Below are positions 27,650 to 38,855 of a stretch of 64,000 bases of DNA, piece by piece (position 1 is the first letter of the stretch; each line of letters starts with the position of its first letter). The notes below the pieces were generated by a model, which did no database searches, was not told the DNA's origin, and was given only the letters and a program-made list of their open reading frames with translations. The DNA comes from Chara braunii (Eukaryota; Plantae; Charophyceae). The DNA lies in contig BFEA01000004.1 in the NCBI GenBank assembly GCA_003427395.1, positions 8,517,688 to 8,581,687 on the forward strand, written 5' to 3'. The position numbers and the translations under genes were made by a program.

Positions 27650-28973
27650 GTGTGTTCCCCCTCGTGTGCGTCTCGAACCACGAGGGTAGAAAGGCTGTCT
27701 CATCGCTGGGGTGTGTGTGGGAGGAGGGGTACAGGAACCTCGTGGTTGGTAGGGCTGAACAGTTCGGGGTGCTTAATGGGTAGTTCACCGTTCAAAGTGA
27801 GTAGTTGACTCACAAACAAATTGGCCTCATGCCATAGGCCACCTACGGAGACCGCATGGGCAGGTGGGAAATTGCATCGTACGTAGAAATACTACCTGGG
27901 GTAGTCCAAGTATTTCGAGTCTGCCTGATGACCAGTAGGTGCGGGTCGATGCCTGTCTCATGGACTAGGACCACCTAGCTGGCTGGTCGTCTCTAGGCAG
28001 TGTATAGACATTGGGGTACTCTCATTGCCCCGTTATCAGGGTCCTCGGGCCCACCAGGGACAACGAAAGGGTAGGCTATGAGATGGGTATAGGGGCTGGA
28101 GGGGACTAGTGNCCTCGGGCCCACCAGGGACAACGAAAGGGTAGGCTATGAGATGGGTATAGGGGCTGGAGGGGACTAGTGGAGAGGATGCCGATAGAGT
28201 ATAGCTCGGCTTGTATTGAGCCTGTCTCCTGAGTAGTGGGTGGGATAGGTGGTCCGGGAGGGGGGTGTACTGTACAATAATAGGAGGGATATGAATCTGC
28301 TAAGTCAATGGTTGGGGGCAAAGCTGCTTAGAGCGAACCCGCAATACATCCGGTTGGAGGTTGGATCTGTAGGGACAGAATCTGATCTCTGGTGGCAAGC
28401 TGTATGGTGTGGAAGGGACATGACTTGCGATAGGATAGGGCTCTAAGCCCATAGAGGACTCCGTCTATGAAGGTCCAGAGGGCCAAGTGGGTCATTCCTA
28501 ACTTCGAGTGACTTAACCTCGTAAAGTATCCCCACGCCTGATGCCCTGTCTCTACAACAACCTGGGCGTTTTCATTGAAAAAAAAAAAAAAAAAAGGATT
28601 AGATGCGGCTATCCTCCTGGGGGCTTTGATGAAAGTGGATAGGGCACAACCAGAGGATTTGATGGCGGCAGAGACCCTCGGAGCGGCAGTACCATGGGTG
28701 CTGTGGGCCTGGAGGAATGAGCAATGCAGACAGGGAGCCTCACCTCTGCTGCGGGCCTATAACGAAAGGGTGCTGAAGAACATTAGAATAACTCTCCTGG
28801 TGGATCTGCAGTGGTGCAGCCACACAGGGGTGAAGAACGAGACAGGCTTCTGGGCAAGATGGGGTCCATACCCTCAGCTTCTTACCCAGGACCCCTGCAC
28901 CGGCCGCATGCAATTCGGCCCGATCGTACTGTGCCACGAGCCTGCGACTGCTTCGGCGGAGGACTCCCATTGA
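27650..28973 (+). mobile_element. Degraded L1-clade LINE 3' fragment, interrupted by a short poly(A)-tailed insert ending at ~28595
   Basis: AVPWVLWAWRNEQ..FWARW is the C-terminal motif of L1/Tx1 ORF2; 70-bp tandem duplication 28043/28113. Confidence 0.55.
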
Positions 28974-31619
28974 TGAATCGAAAGACTAAGTTTGGCGGTC
29001 CTGCAGAGGACCCATATTGTATTATAGCTAGAGAGCTAGGAAGCGAGGAAGGGAGTAGTAGTAGTAGTATAGCTAGGTAGTGGTATTATAGGGGATAGTA
29101 TGTGGGAGAGCTAGAGGTAGGCAGGAGGGGTTACAGGGGGGAAGAGGGCACAAGTGGGGAACTAGATCGTAAAACGATTAAAAAAGTATGTAACTACTGA
29201 TGCTGGGACAAGTAAGAGGCAACTTGAGAGCGTTAGTAGTTATGGACTGTTCAATACTACTAGTACAGTACAGGGTGGCAACAAGGGCCTGAAAAGGTTA
29301 TGGGGATCAGAGTAGAACCAGGCGGGATCATGAGGGGTAGAAATAACAATGTCAAGAAGGATGTGAGGAAGGATGGAATTAAGTAGGGGACCAGCTACAG
29401 CGGGTAGGAAAACGATGTTATGGGCGTGACTGGCAGAACTGGGTAAGAAGGTTGTACTACAATTTAGGGCTTGAAACAGTTTGAACTGGGATAGCCGAAT
29501 CGTAATACGGGATGGATGAGGCGCTGTATGAGGTAGTAACATGTTCTGAACTTGGTTGTCTGGCGATTTTCTCGCCACTCACACACAGAGTATCTCGCAC
29601 ACGCCCATACATGTACAAGACATAGGGGAGAGGAGACAGAGTCCAAACTACACACAAATAAAAGTAAGCAGCGGAATTCACAGATGCACAGATGGGGAGA
29701 AGACACACAGTGTTTCTCACTCTCTGACAAACTCCCAACAACCAATCACAAGAAGACACCTGCGAGGATGACAATAGGATTCACACTGATGACGAGCCAT
29801 CTCAAACCAATTGTCCCAATTATCGTTACAGAGTTTATCTTAGTATCTCGCCACTCTCAGAACACCGCACACTACTCTCTATCCTGCACCCAGTTAGTAG
29901 CGCAACGCTGAATCCGCCTCCCAAAGGCCAGCGCCAGCCATCCAGATGAAGAACATGAATCGCGATGAAGTCTTCAGTGACGATGAGTAACTCTGACGAA
30001 GAAGATGGCAGCTATGGCTGCCACACCACTGACGAAGCCCTGATATCTCCAGACGCCAGATGGGCGTCCGTGGTCCACCCACATACGCTCAGTGAAGAGC
30101 CTCAGAACAGCCCAGCCAATCGAAGATACCCTCAGGGGAAGATGCTCAGAGGGTGCCCCAGCTATGGCAAACACCGGCAGGCTGGCTATGGCTGCCGTCC
30201 ACGATGAGGGTCTCAGGATGCCGCCTGTAGACCATCACCACCACCAAACTTGCTTGGCTCAAAACACTGCGATGCAACAAAATGAAAAGCCAAAAGCCCT
30301 TCCACTACAGCCTCCGTCCTATTAATCAACTAGCCTACTCTAAACCTAGACCTACTGGACCGATACCGCATCAGTCTGGCCTGCTCGGCCTGGGCCCTAC
30401 CCGGCTATACGGCGTCTAAACCGTCTCTACAGCCCAAGGACCAGATGGCCTGCTGTCCTAGTGATAGCCTGGGTCTGCTAAGGGCAGTAACGGCTAAGGG
30501 GAATCCGGGCCTGCAGTTTTCGTGTAAATTGTAGATATGTCCCTCACGAATTTCCCTCAGGACCAGACCGGCGGTTAGTCCCTGACACAAACAAAATTAC
30601 AAATCTGACCCTAAGACGCAACTATACAACCTCGCAGTCATATCTCGGCAGCAGAAATCAGCAAGTCATTGCAAACAGGCTAAAGACAGCTGTTATGCGG
30701 CCCGAGGAACTGTTAGGGAACACCCCCCTCCCCCCACCCCCCCGCGTCCTGCCATCCTGGAGGTTACCCTACTGTGTGACTGGGTGCTGCTAGCAAGCCT
30801 CCCGACCACCAGGCCAACCCCCTATGGAAGGCCATGGACTGGGGAAGGGAAGCCCTGTAACAATCCCCCCCTTGCTAGGCGGCTAGTGCCACAAGGGATG
30901 GCCTTATCTTCTTTCTCATCTTCCCCCCCCCTTATCTCTTGGATGTAAAAAATGCTTGCTGGTAATAAGCAACCGGACTGTTGCCCCCCCGGAATAGAAG
31001 GGGCGTGGCTTGTTTGAAAAAAAAAACAGAAAAAGAAAAAGAAAAAGGATCAGCAGCAGGGGAAAAAAATATGAACAGCAGGAAAAAAAGGTTGAAAAAA
31101 CCGTTGATAGAGAATGGAGCCTGAGCAGCTAGGTAGTGTGAAAGCATGGAGACCTCCCCTCTAGTTTCTCTTCGAGGCCATAGTCGAAGGGTCCGCTGCC
31201 TGGTTATGCTAGGTCAGCAGCCCACGCTGGGAGTTACGTCCCAACGATGCCAATTTTCCACCATAGGCTTGGTAATTTATGCCCTCAGGTTAACCCTTAG
31301 GGTGGATGAACGATGCTTTTTAAATAAACCAAATATATAATAAATTGAGCACTCGTCAAGCTACCACTAAGGGTTGTGCCCTTCAAGTCTTGGAATGAAA
31401 TAATTCTGAATTACCTGGGGCTGGGCAACTTGTTGATGATTTCTCAAGGACGTCGCCCTTTTTTGAAAAAAAGAAGGAACAAAAACTTAAAGAAAGGAAA
31501 TAGCTTCAAAATTGTGGGACATCCATTAAATTTTGATGCAGACAAGGTTAAGTAGCATAGTCCCTGCACAGGGATGACACAAAAAGAAAAACGAGGGAGT
31601 TCAAAGGAAGGAAAAAAAT

Positions 31620-33330
31620 CGTGAAACACAAATGGCGATAACAAACAGAACCAAAAAAAAGCAAAGCAACTTCACCCGCAATTTCTCGCCAAAACATGGC
31701 CTACTTCGGCAACAATTTGGGTTTGATCACACTGCATGCAATTCCATGCTAAGCATAACACAGCCTGTCCGGAAGTTGCAGCACACCTCACATCCATCTG
31801 AGCTAAGGGAAAAAAAACAACAAACATGGAATAATACTCACTGTAACCGATTTCTCATCAAAACAGACATCAAATGGGGACATTGGGTAGAGAAAGGCGT
31901 ATGGCAAGTGCAACATCTCTGGAATGAACCGACAAACAACTGGAAGACTGCAAAGGATCTGCAGAACTTACTAAAAGGTTGCCACAACTTGCAGGCCAAC
32001 ATCACTCACATCATCGAAAACATACCTCTAGAATAGCGTCAGTTATTCAAGACTCATCAAAAGTGGATGTGGGGAGAGTGGGCATCGAACAGAGAACAAA
32101 CACAACCCACAGTCACAAACAGCAACCTACAGAATAAGAACTGGATACTCTGTTCCATCCATACCCTACAGGAAGCAGGAAACCCAGCTAGTCTCACCAG
32201 CAAAGAACCAAGAACAGAAGGGGCCTTCATATCAGCCAACCTCAGAAGAATCCGGGTCATAGAAGGAGACAGAAACAGAGTCTACCGACCCAAAACAGAA
32301 ACTAAACACCTAGAAATAGATCCAGCTGAATGGTCCTGGACTAGAACCAGCCCGCATTTCACAAGAGAGCGCCGCTATGCACTCACTGACTACACACCCA
32401 AATTAGGCTACAAGCTCCACAACAACCTCCCCTCCATACACAATCATACAAAAAAGATGGGAAAAGGAGGAAAACACTATCACAGCAGTCAACATCAACA
32501 CACCATGGACCTCTATCTTCTGCACAAGACCACCCAAACTAGCTAGTCTGCTATGGCTCATAACATTTTGTGCAGTACCCGTCAATCTCTGGCTATCGCA
32601 AAGAAGAAAGAAAAACAATGACACTGAGCAAACAGCCTGGTGCAGGGTGTGCAACACCCAACTCGAAAAATCACTCAGCCATTGCTTCGCAGGTTGCCAA
32701 AAGACAAAGCAACTCTGGCACGATATGGAATTAACCATTGATTCTCAGCCGAAGCCGGGTAATGGCCCCGGTATCTCAAATGACTTGTGTAACTCTATAT
32801 GGGACGCTGGGCCCGGTTCCCAGCACGTGCTGCTCCCGACGAATAGATTGGAGCTTTTGTCCCCCCGCAAAAAAAAAAAAAAAAAAAAAAAGAAGTAGAA
32901 CAAGACCCACCCCTCAAAGGTTTTGAGCTTTTCCTCTTCTCACTCGTCAAAAAATCGACCCTCTAGGCTATCTGGAAAAGGAGATGCATAGCAACTTTCA
33001 AGGATTCCAGTAAGACCCCTGAAACCCCCCTCATAGCCATTAAACAGATGGTGGAAACCGAAATCCAAGCACAATGGAACAGAACACACACAAAACTCCA
33101 GTCCCTACAAAATGCCCCAGATAAGAAACAAGAGATCATTAACAAATTCATTTCCCTGAATCTAGGCAACGGGAAACTAGGAACAGTAGAAAGAGAAAGA
33201 CAGCGCTTACAAGACTGGTTAGTTATGCCCATATCAAATATCCAAAATCCTACCACTCTGACACAAGCCACAGTAACAAACAACCTATTCCCCCTCGCAC
33301 TTAGTGGAACAGATACCGCTCTATGAACTT
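31620..33330 (+). mobile_element. L1/Tx1-like LINE ORF2 3' fragment (copy A)
   Basis: WVEKGVWQVQHLW, LEIDPAEWSW, CRVCN..SLSHCFAGC (zf-RVT) and AIWKRRC; collinear with copies B and C in this window. Confidence 0.88.
32740..32891 (+). mobile_element. Short poly(A)-tailed retroposed insert inside LINE copy A
   Basis: Interrupts the zf-RVT region; ends gctcc-13nt-ggagc hairpin followed by A23. Confidence 0.65.
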
Positions 33331-34537
33331 TTCTATCCACCCAGCCTAATCACCTACCACCGCACTGCCCCCCCAACGACCGTCCATCATCAAACATCTC
33401 CCAAACTCAACCTCACGAATCTAAATAGTAAATAGTAAGTACCTTACCATCCTTCAGGTCTCACGCCCACACCACAAAGCCAACTCACCCACGTCATCCA
33501 CACCACACTAAATGCTAGCACCGATTACCCATCACACCAACCCCCATCATGATGAACGGTCCAAGCTCCCAATAACAGCTCGGTCCACGCGCCACCCGCC
33601 TCCCAGGTCTCTACGGTTTAGGGTTTTAGCTTCAGACGTTACTTTCAAGGTTGCATTCAGACGATACTTCCAGACGTTACTCCAGCTTGGTCAATGAGCC
33701 ACCTGTAATCGAGGGTTTAGGGTTTTAGCCTCAGACGTCACTTTCAAGGAAAACTGCTCCAAAGGAATCCGGAATTAGAGCGAAGAGGTCCATCACACCC
33801 TCTGTCCCGGAAAAATACAGACATGCCACAGGTCCAATTGACAGTGAGGAATAAACAGAAAAGAGACCGGATAGTTCCAGCAGCAGTCAAGTAGCAGACA
33901 CTCATAGCTTCTAAGAAAATAACAGCCTAGAATAGGCTAACTTAAGCAGGGGTGAACGAACGAGAGGACAACAAGGAGCTACCGCGTAGTGGAAAATTTT
34001 TCAGCGCCAGCGCCATCGGTTAGCGCCCACGAACGCTCGCTCCGCCCCGCCACACCGCGCGGCGCGACGCGCTTCCCCGCCCACTGACTTTCGCTTTCGA
34101 ATTCGAAATTACCCCGTGCGCGCGTCTTACACGACGTCCTCCACGCCTGTCATCACTCAACAACAACTACGAGCTCATTCTAGGACTAGTGAAGACAACG
34201 AGTTTCACCCATCGCACGGCTTCCTGCAAGGCCGCCATCGAGCGGCCAACCTCAATGCAAACAACAGCTGGTCAGGCAATAAGCAGCTAATCTCGGGGAG
34301 CGACACTTCCAATTGAAACCAAGGCGAAGATCTCCGACGAGTGAAAAGGAGAAGGAAAAAAAAAAAGAGAACGAAAGAGAGAGGGATAAAGACAAGGGAA
34401 AGATACAGGGAGATTAGGTGGAAAGGAAGAAGGAAGAAGGGGAGAGGATGTGAAAGAAAAAAGGACAATGAGGAAGTGAAGGCGAGAGAAGGAAAGAGAA
34501 AGAGGGAAGGGGAGGAAGGGAGTGAGAAGGATACAGG

Positions 34538-34604
<67 letters not shown>

Positions 34605-36089
34605 GAAAGCAAGGAAAGGACGAGAAACCCCACATCCGAAGGAAAGGCGCATCCAAGAAACAAGAAAGCTGAGGAGAGGTCACGCTCAAGTCAAGAACGC
34701 GCCAGCCCTCGAAGTCGACATCAGCCTTCCTAGCACACAATTGAAGGAACTGCCAATGCCATAAGCTCTACACGCGAAACTACTCCGTACACGAGGCACG
34801 ACAACAAAGGAAACTCAAGAAGACGACTTCCAAATACTGTGAGAGGATACTAAGATAACCTGACTGCTACCCCCCCCTTGCCCTCCATCACTCCCCCTCC
34901 CACCCCTACTGCCACAACAAGCCATTCGTCCATCTTTCTCGACAGACACAAATTGCGATATAGATCTACTCACCTACCTTCCCCAAACTAATCCCCCCCC
35001 TCAGCCTGTACGAGAAGACATCAACGTATACTCAACAAAACCCGACTCTCCAATCCGATTCGTCCCTGCCCCTCCCTCGTCCGCGTCTCAGGCCCGCCCA
35101 GAATCTCACCCAACCCAGACCCATTGCAATTCAGTCCAGACTGCACCCCAGTCCCAATCAAACTCCACCTTTCACCCATCTCAATCCCGACGGGGGTATT
35201 CACTGGGAGCCGCCTTCCCAGCCCACCCCATCCCAAATTCTGAATGCTGCCCCTACTCCCACCCCGTCTCATGCGACACACCACCCTAATCCGTCACGCC
35301 GACCCCACTCACGCCCCACCCGCGATTTCGACTAGCCCCTAATACTCCCCAACCCCAACCTGATTTTGTCTCTTCCCCGTCACACCCACAACCCAATCAG
35401 CATCTAGGGATTATTCCAATCCCGACCCAGTCCCACCTCGAGCAACACCCACACATTTTTCAATTCCAAACGATCAAGTCTCTCCCCCCAGTCCCCCCCT
35501 CTCCCCACCCCGTTCCCCTCCCTTCCTCCGCAATCTTCACCCCACCCCTACCCACCACTCCAAGCCCGTTCCGCCCTTACCCCCTTCCCAGGCGGAGACA
35601 CTCCCCCGCCACGGACCTTGACAGAATCAGAGGCTAACCACCCCACTCTCACCCCCAACACTGACCCCTATTCTATCTCCACCCCATTCTATCTCGGCGC
35701 CATTCCAACCTCGATTCGGTCACACCAAGGTCCCACCCACCGGCTCCACCCCAATCCCCCTCCTTTCATGTCACAGCCCCATTCCCCAACACAATCACAG
35801 TCCCTCTCCCTTCCCGTTCTGGGCGTGCACCGACTCTGATTCAACCCCCACCATCTTTCTTCCACCCCCACACCTCCTAAAACTCTTATCCACCCCCGTT
35901 TTGACGACATCCCCCCCTCTCCCGTCCTCCCCCTTTCCATCCCTCCCCCTCTCCACCGATCCGACCACTACAGGTTTCCCATCCCGCCCCTTTATTGACC
36001 ATACCCAGACCGTTAACCGCCTTGTTCCTTGCTGCACCTCGATAGCGTATCACATCAACTCATATCTCGACAACTGTCCTCCTGATCTC

Positions 36090-36760
36090 AGGACGAATCC
36101 GATCTCGGCCTACATCTAAATCCCGTCCTCGACCCCGTTCCCATTCCAGACCTTGTTCCCGATCCAGTTCCCTTCCCATTCCTAATCCTGACCACGCACC
36201 CGATCCCATTCCCGATCCCGATCTCGCCCCAGCTCCCGTTCCTGATCCCGATCACTTTCCTGATCTTGCTTCTGCTCCCGATCCCGATATCGATCCTGTC
36301 CGCATCCCCGCCCCTGTTCTTGACCCTAATCCCGTTCAGTCTCCCAGTCCCGTCCTTGTCCTCGCTCTCCTTCCCGATCCTGTTCCCAGTCCCGATCTCG
36401 CTCCAACTCCCTTTCCCGCTCCTGATCCCACCCCAGCCCCAAATCCTCACCCCGTTCCTTACCTCGATCTCGCTCCTGTTCCCGTCCCCAATCCCGAACC
36501 AGCCCCCGTGACCAATCCCGATTCCGTTCCCGATCCCAACACAACTCCCTTTCCCTGCCCTGATCCACACCTCGCTCCCGCTCCTGACTCCCGATTCCCG
36601 TCCCTGATCCCGTTCATGACCCTGATCCTGTCCATGATACCGATCTTGCCTCCAATCCCGATCCCGATCTCAACCCAGTTCCTGCTTTCGATCATGGTCT
36701 CCATCCTGACCTGAGTCCTGAACCGTTCTCGTTACAGATCCAGTGCCCGATCCCGATACT
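36090..36760 (+). repeat. Degenerate hexamer (CCCGAT-like) array encoding Pro/Asp-rich sequence upstream of LINE ORF1
   Basis: cccgat/cctgat/cccgtt units; translation DPVPDPDLAPAPVPDPD... Confidence 0.8.
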
Positions 36761-36901
36761 TTCTTGCCTTCCGACCAAACACATTCAGCACCCATCCTCG
36801 ATTGCATTTAGACCCCACTTTAGTCCCACTCCAATCTCGACTAACACCCACCCCACCCACAACCCCACTTAATACTGCAGTCACATCCCAGCCTCACAAG
36901 G

Positions 36902-38509
36902 ATGGAAGGAATGGGCATGGAAACGCAAAATTGGCTCGCAGAAACGACTAGAACTACGCTGATCAAGACCACAAAACTAATTGATCGTGGAGGTAACAAC
37001 AAGGAAGAGGTGGTAATTTACGAATGCCCCAAGGAGCTAACTGCCAAACAAGAGGAGCTTCACAACAAACACGCAGTTTTATTCACCTTCTCCAAAAAAA
37101 GCCAAGAGCTGGACAGACAGGCGAAGCTCAAATGGATTCTGGAAAAGTTGAAATCACTCGAGCCAATCCAAGGACAAGAACCAAAAGTATCCTTTCACCC
37201 AAGAACAAGAATTGTTATCATGGTGATGTGCATGGAGGAAACACTTGCCACCTTCCTGAAGAACAAGTGTTTCACCTGCAACTCGTCAGTGGTGACAGTT
37301 CACCCATGGAAAAAGGCAGCAAATTTCCAACAAACGCCGTTCAGGTACAGACAGGAACCGATCAAAAAACATTTCTGGATTCAATTTGACAATGTACCAG
37401 AAGGCATGCATGGAAGCATCAAGGAGAGAGTCGCAATGGAATACGGTCACTTCAGAGAGACTCAATGGATTGTTTCAACACCGGATTTTCTGACCCCTCA
37501 GCACAATCAGATGACGGTGGTACTGGACATGGGAGATAGTCCCCCTCCCTTCACGCCTGATGAATGGTTTTTCTCGCAGGATGACAAAGTCATCAGGATC
37601 ACGGTTTCCAGCAAAACCAACCCGGTGTGCTTCAAGTGTAGGCAGAGAGGCCACTTGGGCACAAATGCCAGCTGCCCGAAAACGAGAGAGAACACAAAGC
37701 CCAAACCTCTCAAAACAGCAAACCTGCAGGAGGTCGAGAACAAAAAAGGATATTGGTACATACCTGATCCGCAGTACGCAGGCTGGGTATTCAATGACAA
37801 CCTGGACACACCCGACTGGGTATGGACCATTGACCGGGAACCTACCCCCAGCCCTGAAGTGTACCCTCCATACGATAGCAGGTGGCAAATGCTCAAAACG
37901 GAAAGAAAGTCACCCAAATGCTTCACCAAAGAGCCGGTTATAAATGTAGACATGTTGAAGCAAGAGATTTGGGAAAGGGACTTGTGTGCGGACCTGAAAA
38001 CAGTCCAGGAAACCACAGAAAGGCGCTGGGTGGAAGCGGTCAAAAGGCGACAGCAAGACGAACAGACAGCGAAGGAACAGCACAAGCAAAAAACTTACTC
38101 CAGAAGGCACCAAAAGGTAAGAGGAAAAACGGCCAGCGATCAGGGAGCAGAGGCAGAAGGGACAGGTGAGACCACAGGGGGGGAAGATGGTGATTCAACC
38201 ATGAAGGAGGGAGAGGGAGAAAAGAACCCGGTGCTGGGAGTGAAAAGGAAACACATTGATGACCAAAAGGGGGGAGAAGACACGGAGGAGGATCAGGAAA
38301 ACCCTGACTCTGAAGACTATCCATGGTCAGGTCAACAGGAAAGTGATCTCTTGGATTACATTCAGTTCTTTGAAAAAAAAAGGCAAGACAAGTACGAACT
38401 GCAGCTAATACTTCACAGGGAAGAGCAGAAAAATAAGTTGAAAGCTGAGATGTCCAATCCATCGTCTCAGAGAACCCCTTTGCTCCAGAGTATTGAGAAG
38501 TCCTCGTGA
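36902..38509 (+). CDS. LINE ORF1 (gag-like nucleic-acid-binding protein) of copy B
   Basis: 535 aa; VHPW and FWIQFDNVP motifs of plant L1 ORF1; zinc knuckle CFKCRQRGHLGTNASC; directly upstream of APE-RT ORF2. The C-terminus is probably cut by an inversion. Confidence 0.85.
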   Translation: MEGMGMETQNWLAETTRTTLIKTTKLIDRGGNNKEEVVIYECPKELTAKQEELHNKHAVLFTFSKKSQELDRQAKLKWILEKLKSLEPIQGQEPKVSFHPRTRIVIMVMCMEETLATFLKNKCFTCNSSVVTVHPWKKAANFQQTPFRYRQEPIKKHFWIQFDNVPEGMHGSIKERVAMEYGHFRETQWIVSTPDFLTPQHNQMTVVLDMGDSPPPFTPDEWFFSQDDKVIRITVSSKTNPVCFKCRQRGHLGTNASCPKTRENTKPKPLKTANLQEVENKKGYWYIPDPQYAGWVFNDNLDTPDWVWTIDREPTPSPEVYPPYDSRWQMLKTERKSPKCFTKEPVINVDMLKQEIWERDLCADLKTVQETTERRWVEAVKRRQQDEQTAKEQHKQKTYSRRHQKVRGKTASDQGAEAEGTGETTGGEDGDSTMKEGEGEKNPVLGVKRKHIDDQKGGEDTEEDQENPDSEDYPWSGQQESDLLDYIQFFEKKRQDKYELQLILHREEQKNKLKAEMSNPSSQRTPLLQSIEKSS

Positions 38510-38855
38510 ACTGCCACATTCCATTCCTCTGTCACTGGATCCCTTTGAATGGGGATTATTGCTTGAGATGGTAGCAGCAAGCGTGCTTCCTTTTTGGCCC
38601 TTTCCCAGAAAGCTTCGTGTGCTTTGTGCTGCAAATCATGTGCCGCCACTGTGCGGAGTTGCATTTCCCTATTCAGATCTGTGAGCCTTGCATTCTGAGC
38701 GTGTAAGGCCTCCACTTGGATGCCCAGTTGTTCTGTGGAAGTCAGTGTCTTGTCAGATTCCTCTTGCCCCTTTTATTTCCCTTAGTCCGCTAGAAGTTGG
38801 GTTGGCTAATAGCCCGACAGTCTTTTTCCTTTGCTTTGGGCTGCCTCTTTCAAAG

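Noticed and set aside
29787-29812. CTGATGA-CGAG-ccat-CTC-AAAC hammerhead-like string
   Set aside because: Lacks the conserved G of GAAA and has no convincing stems I/III
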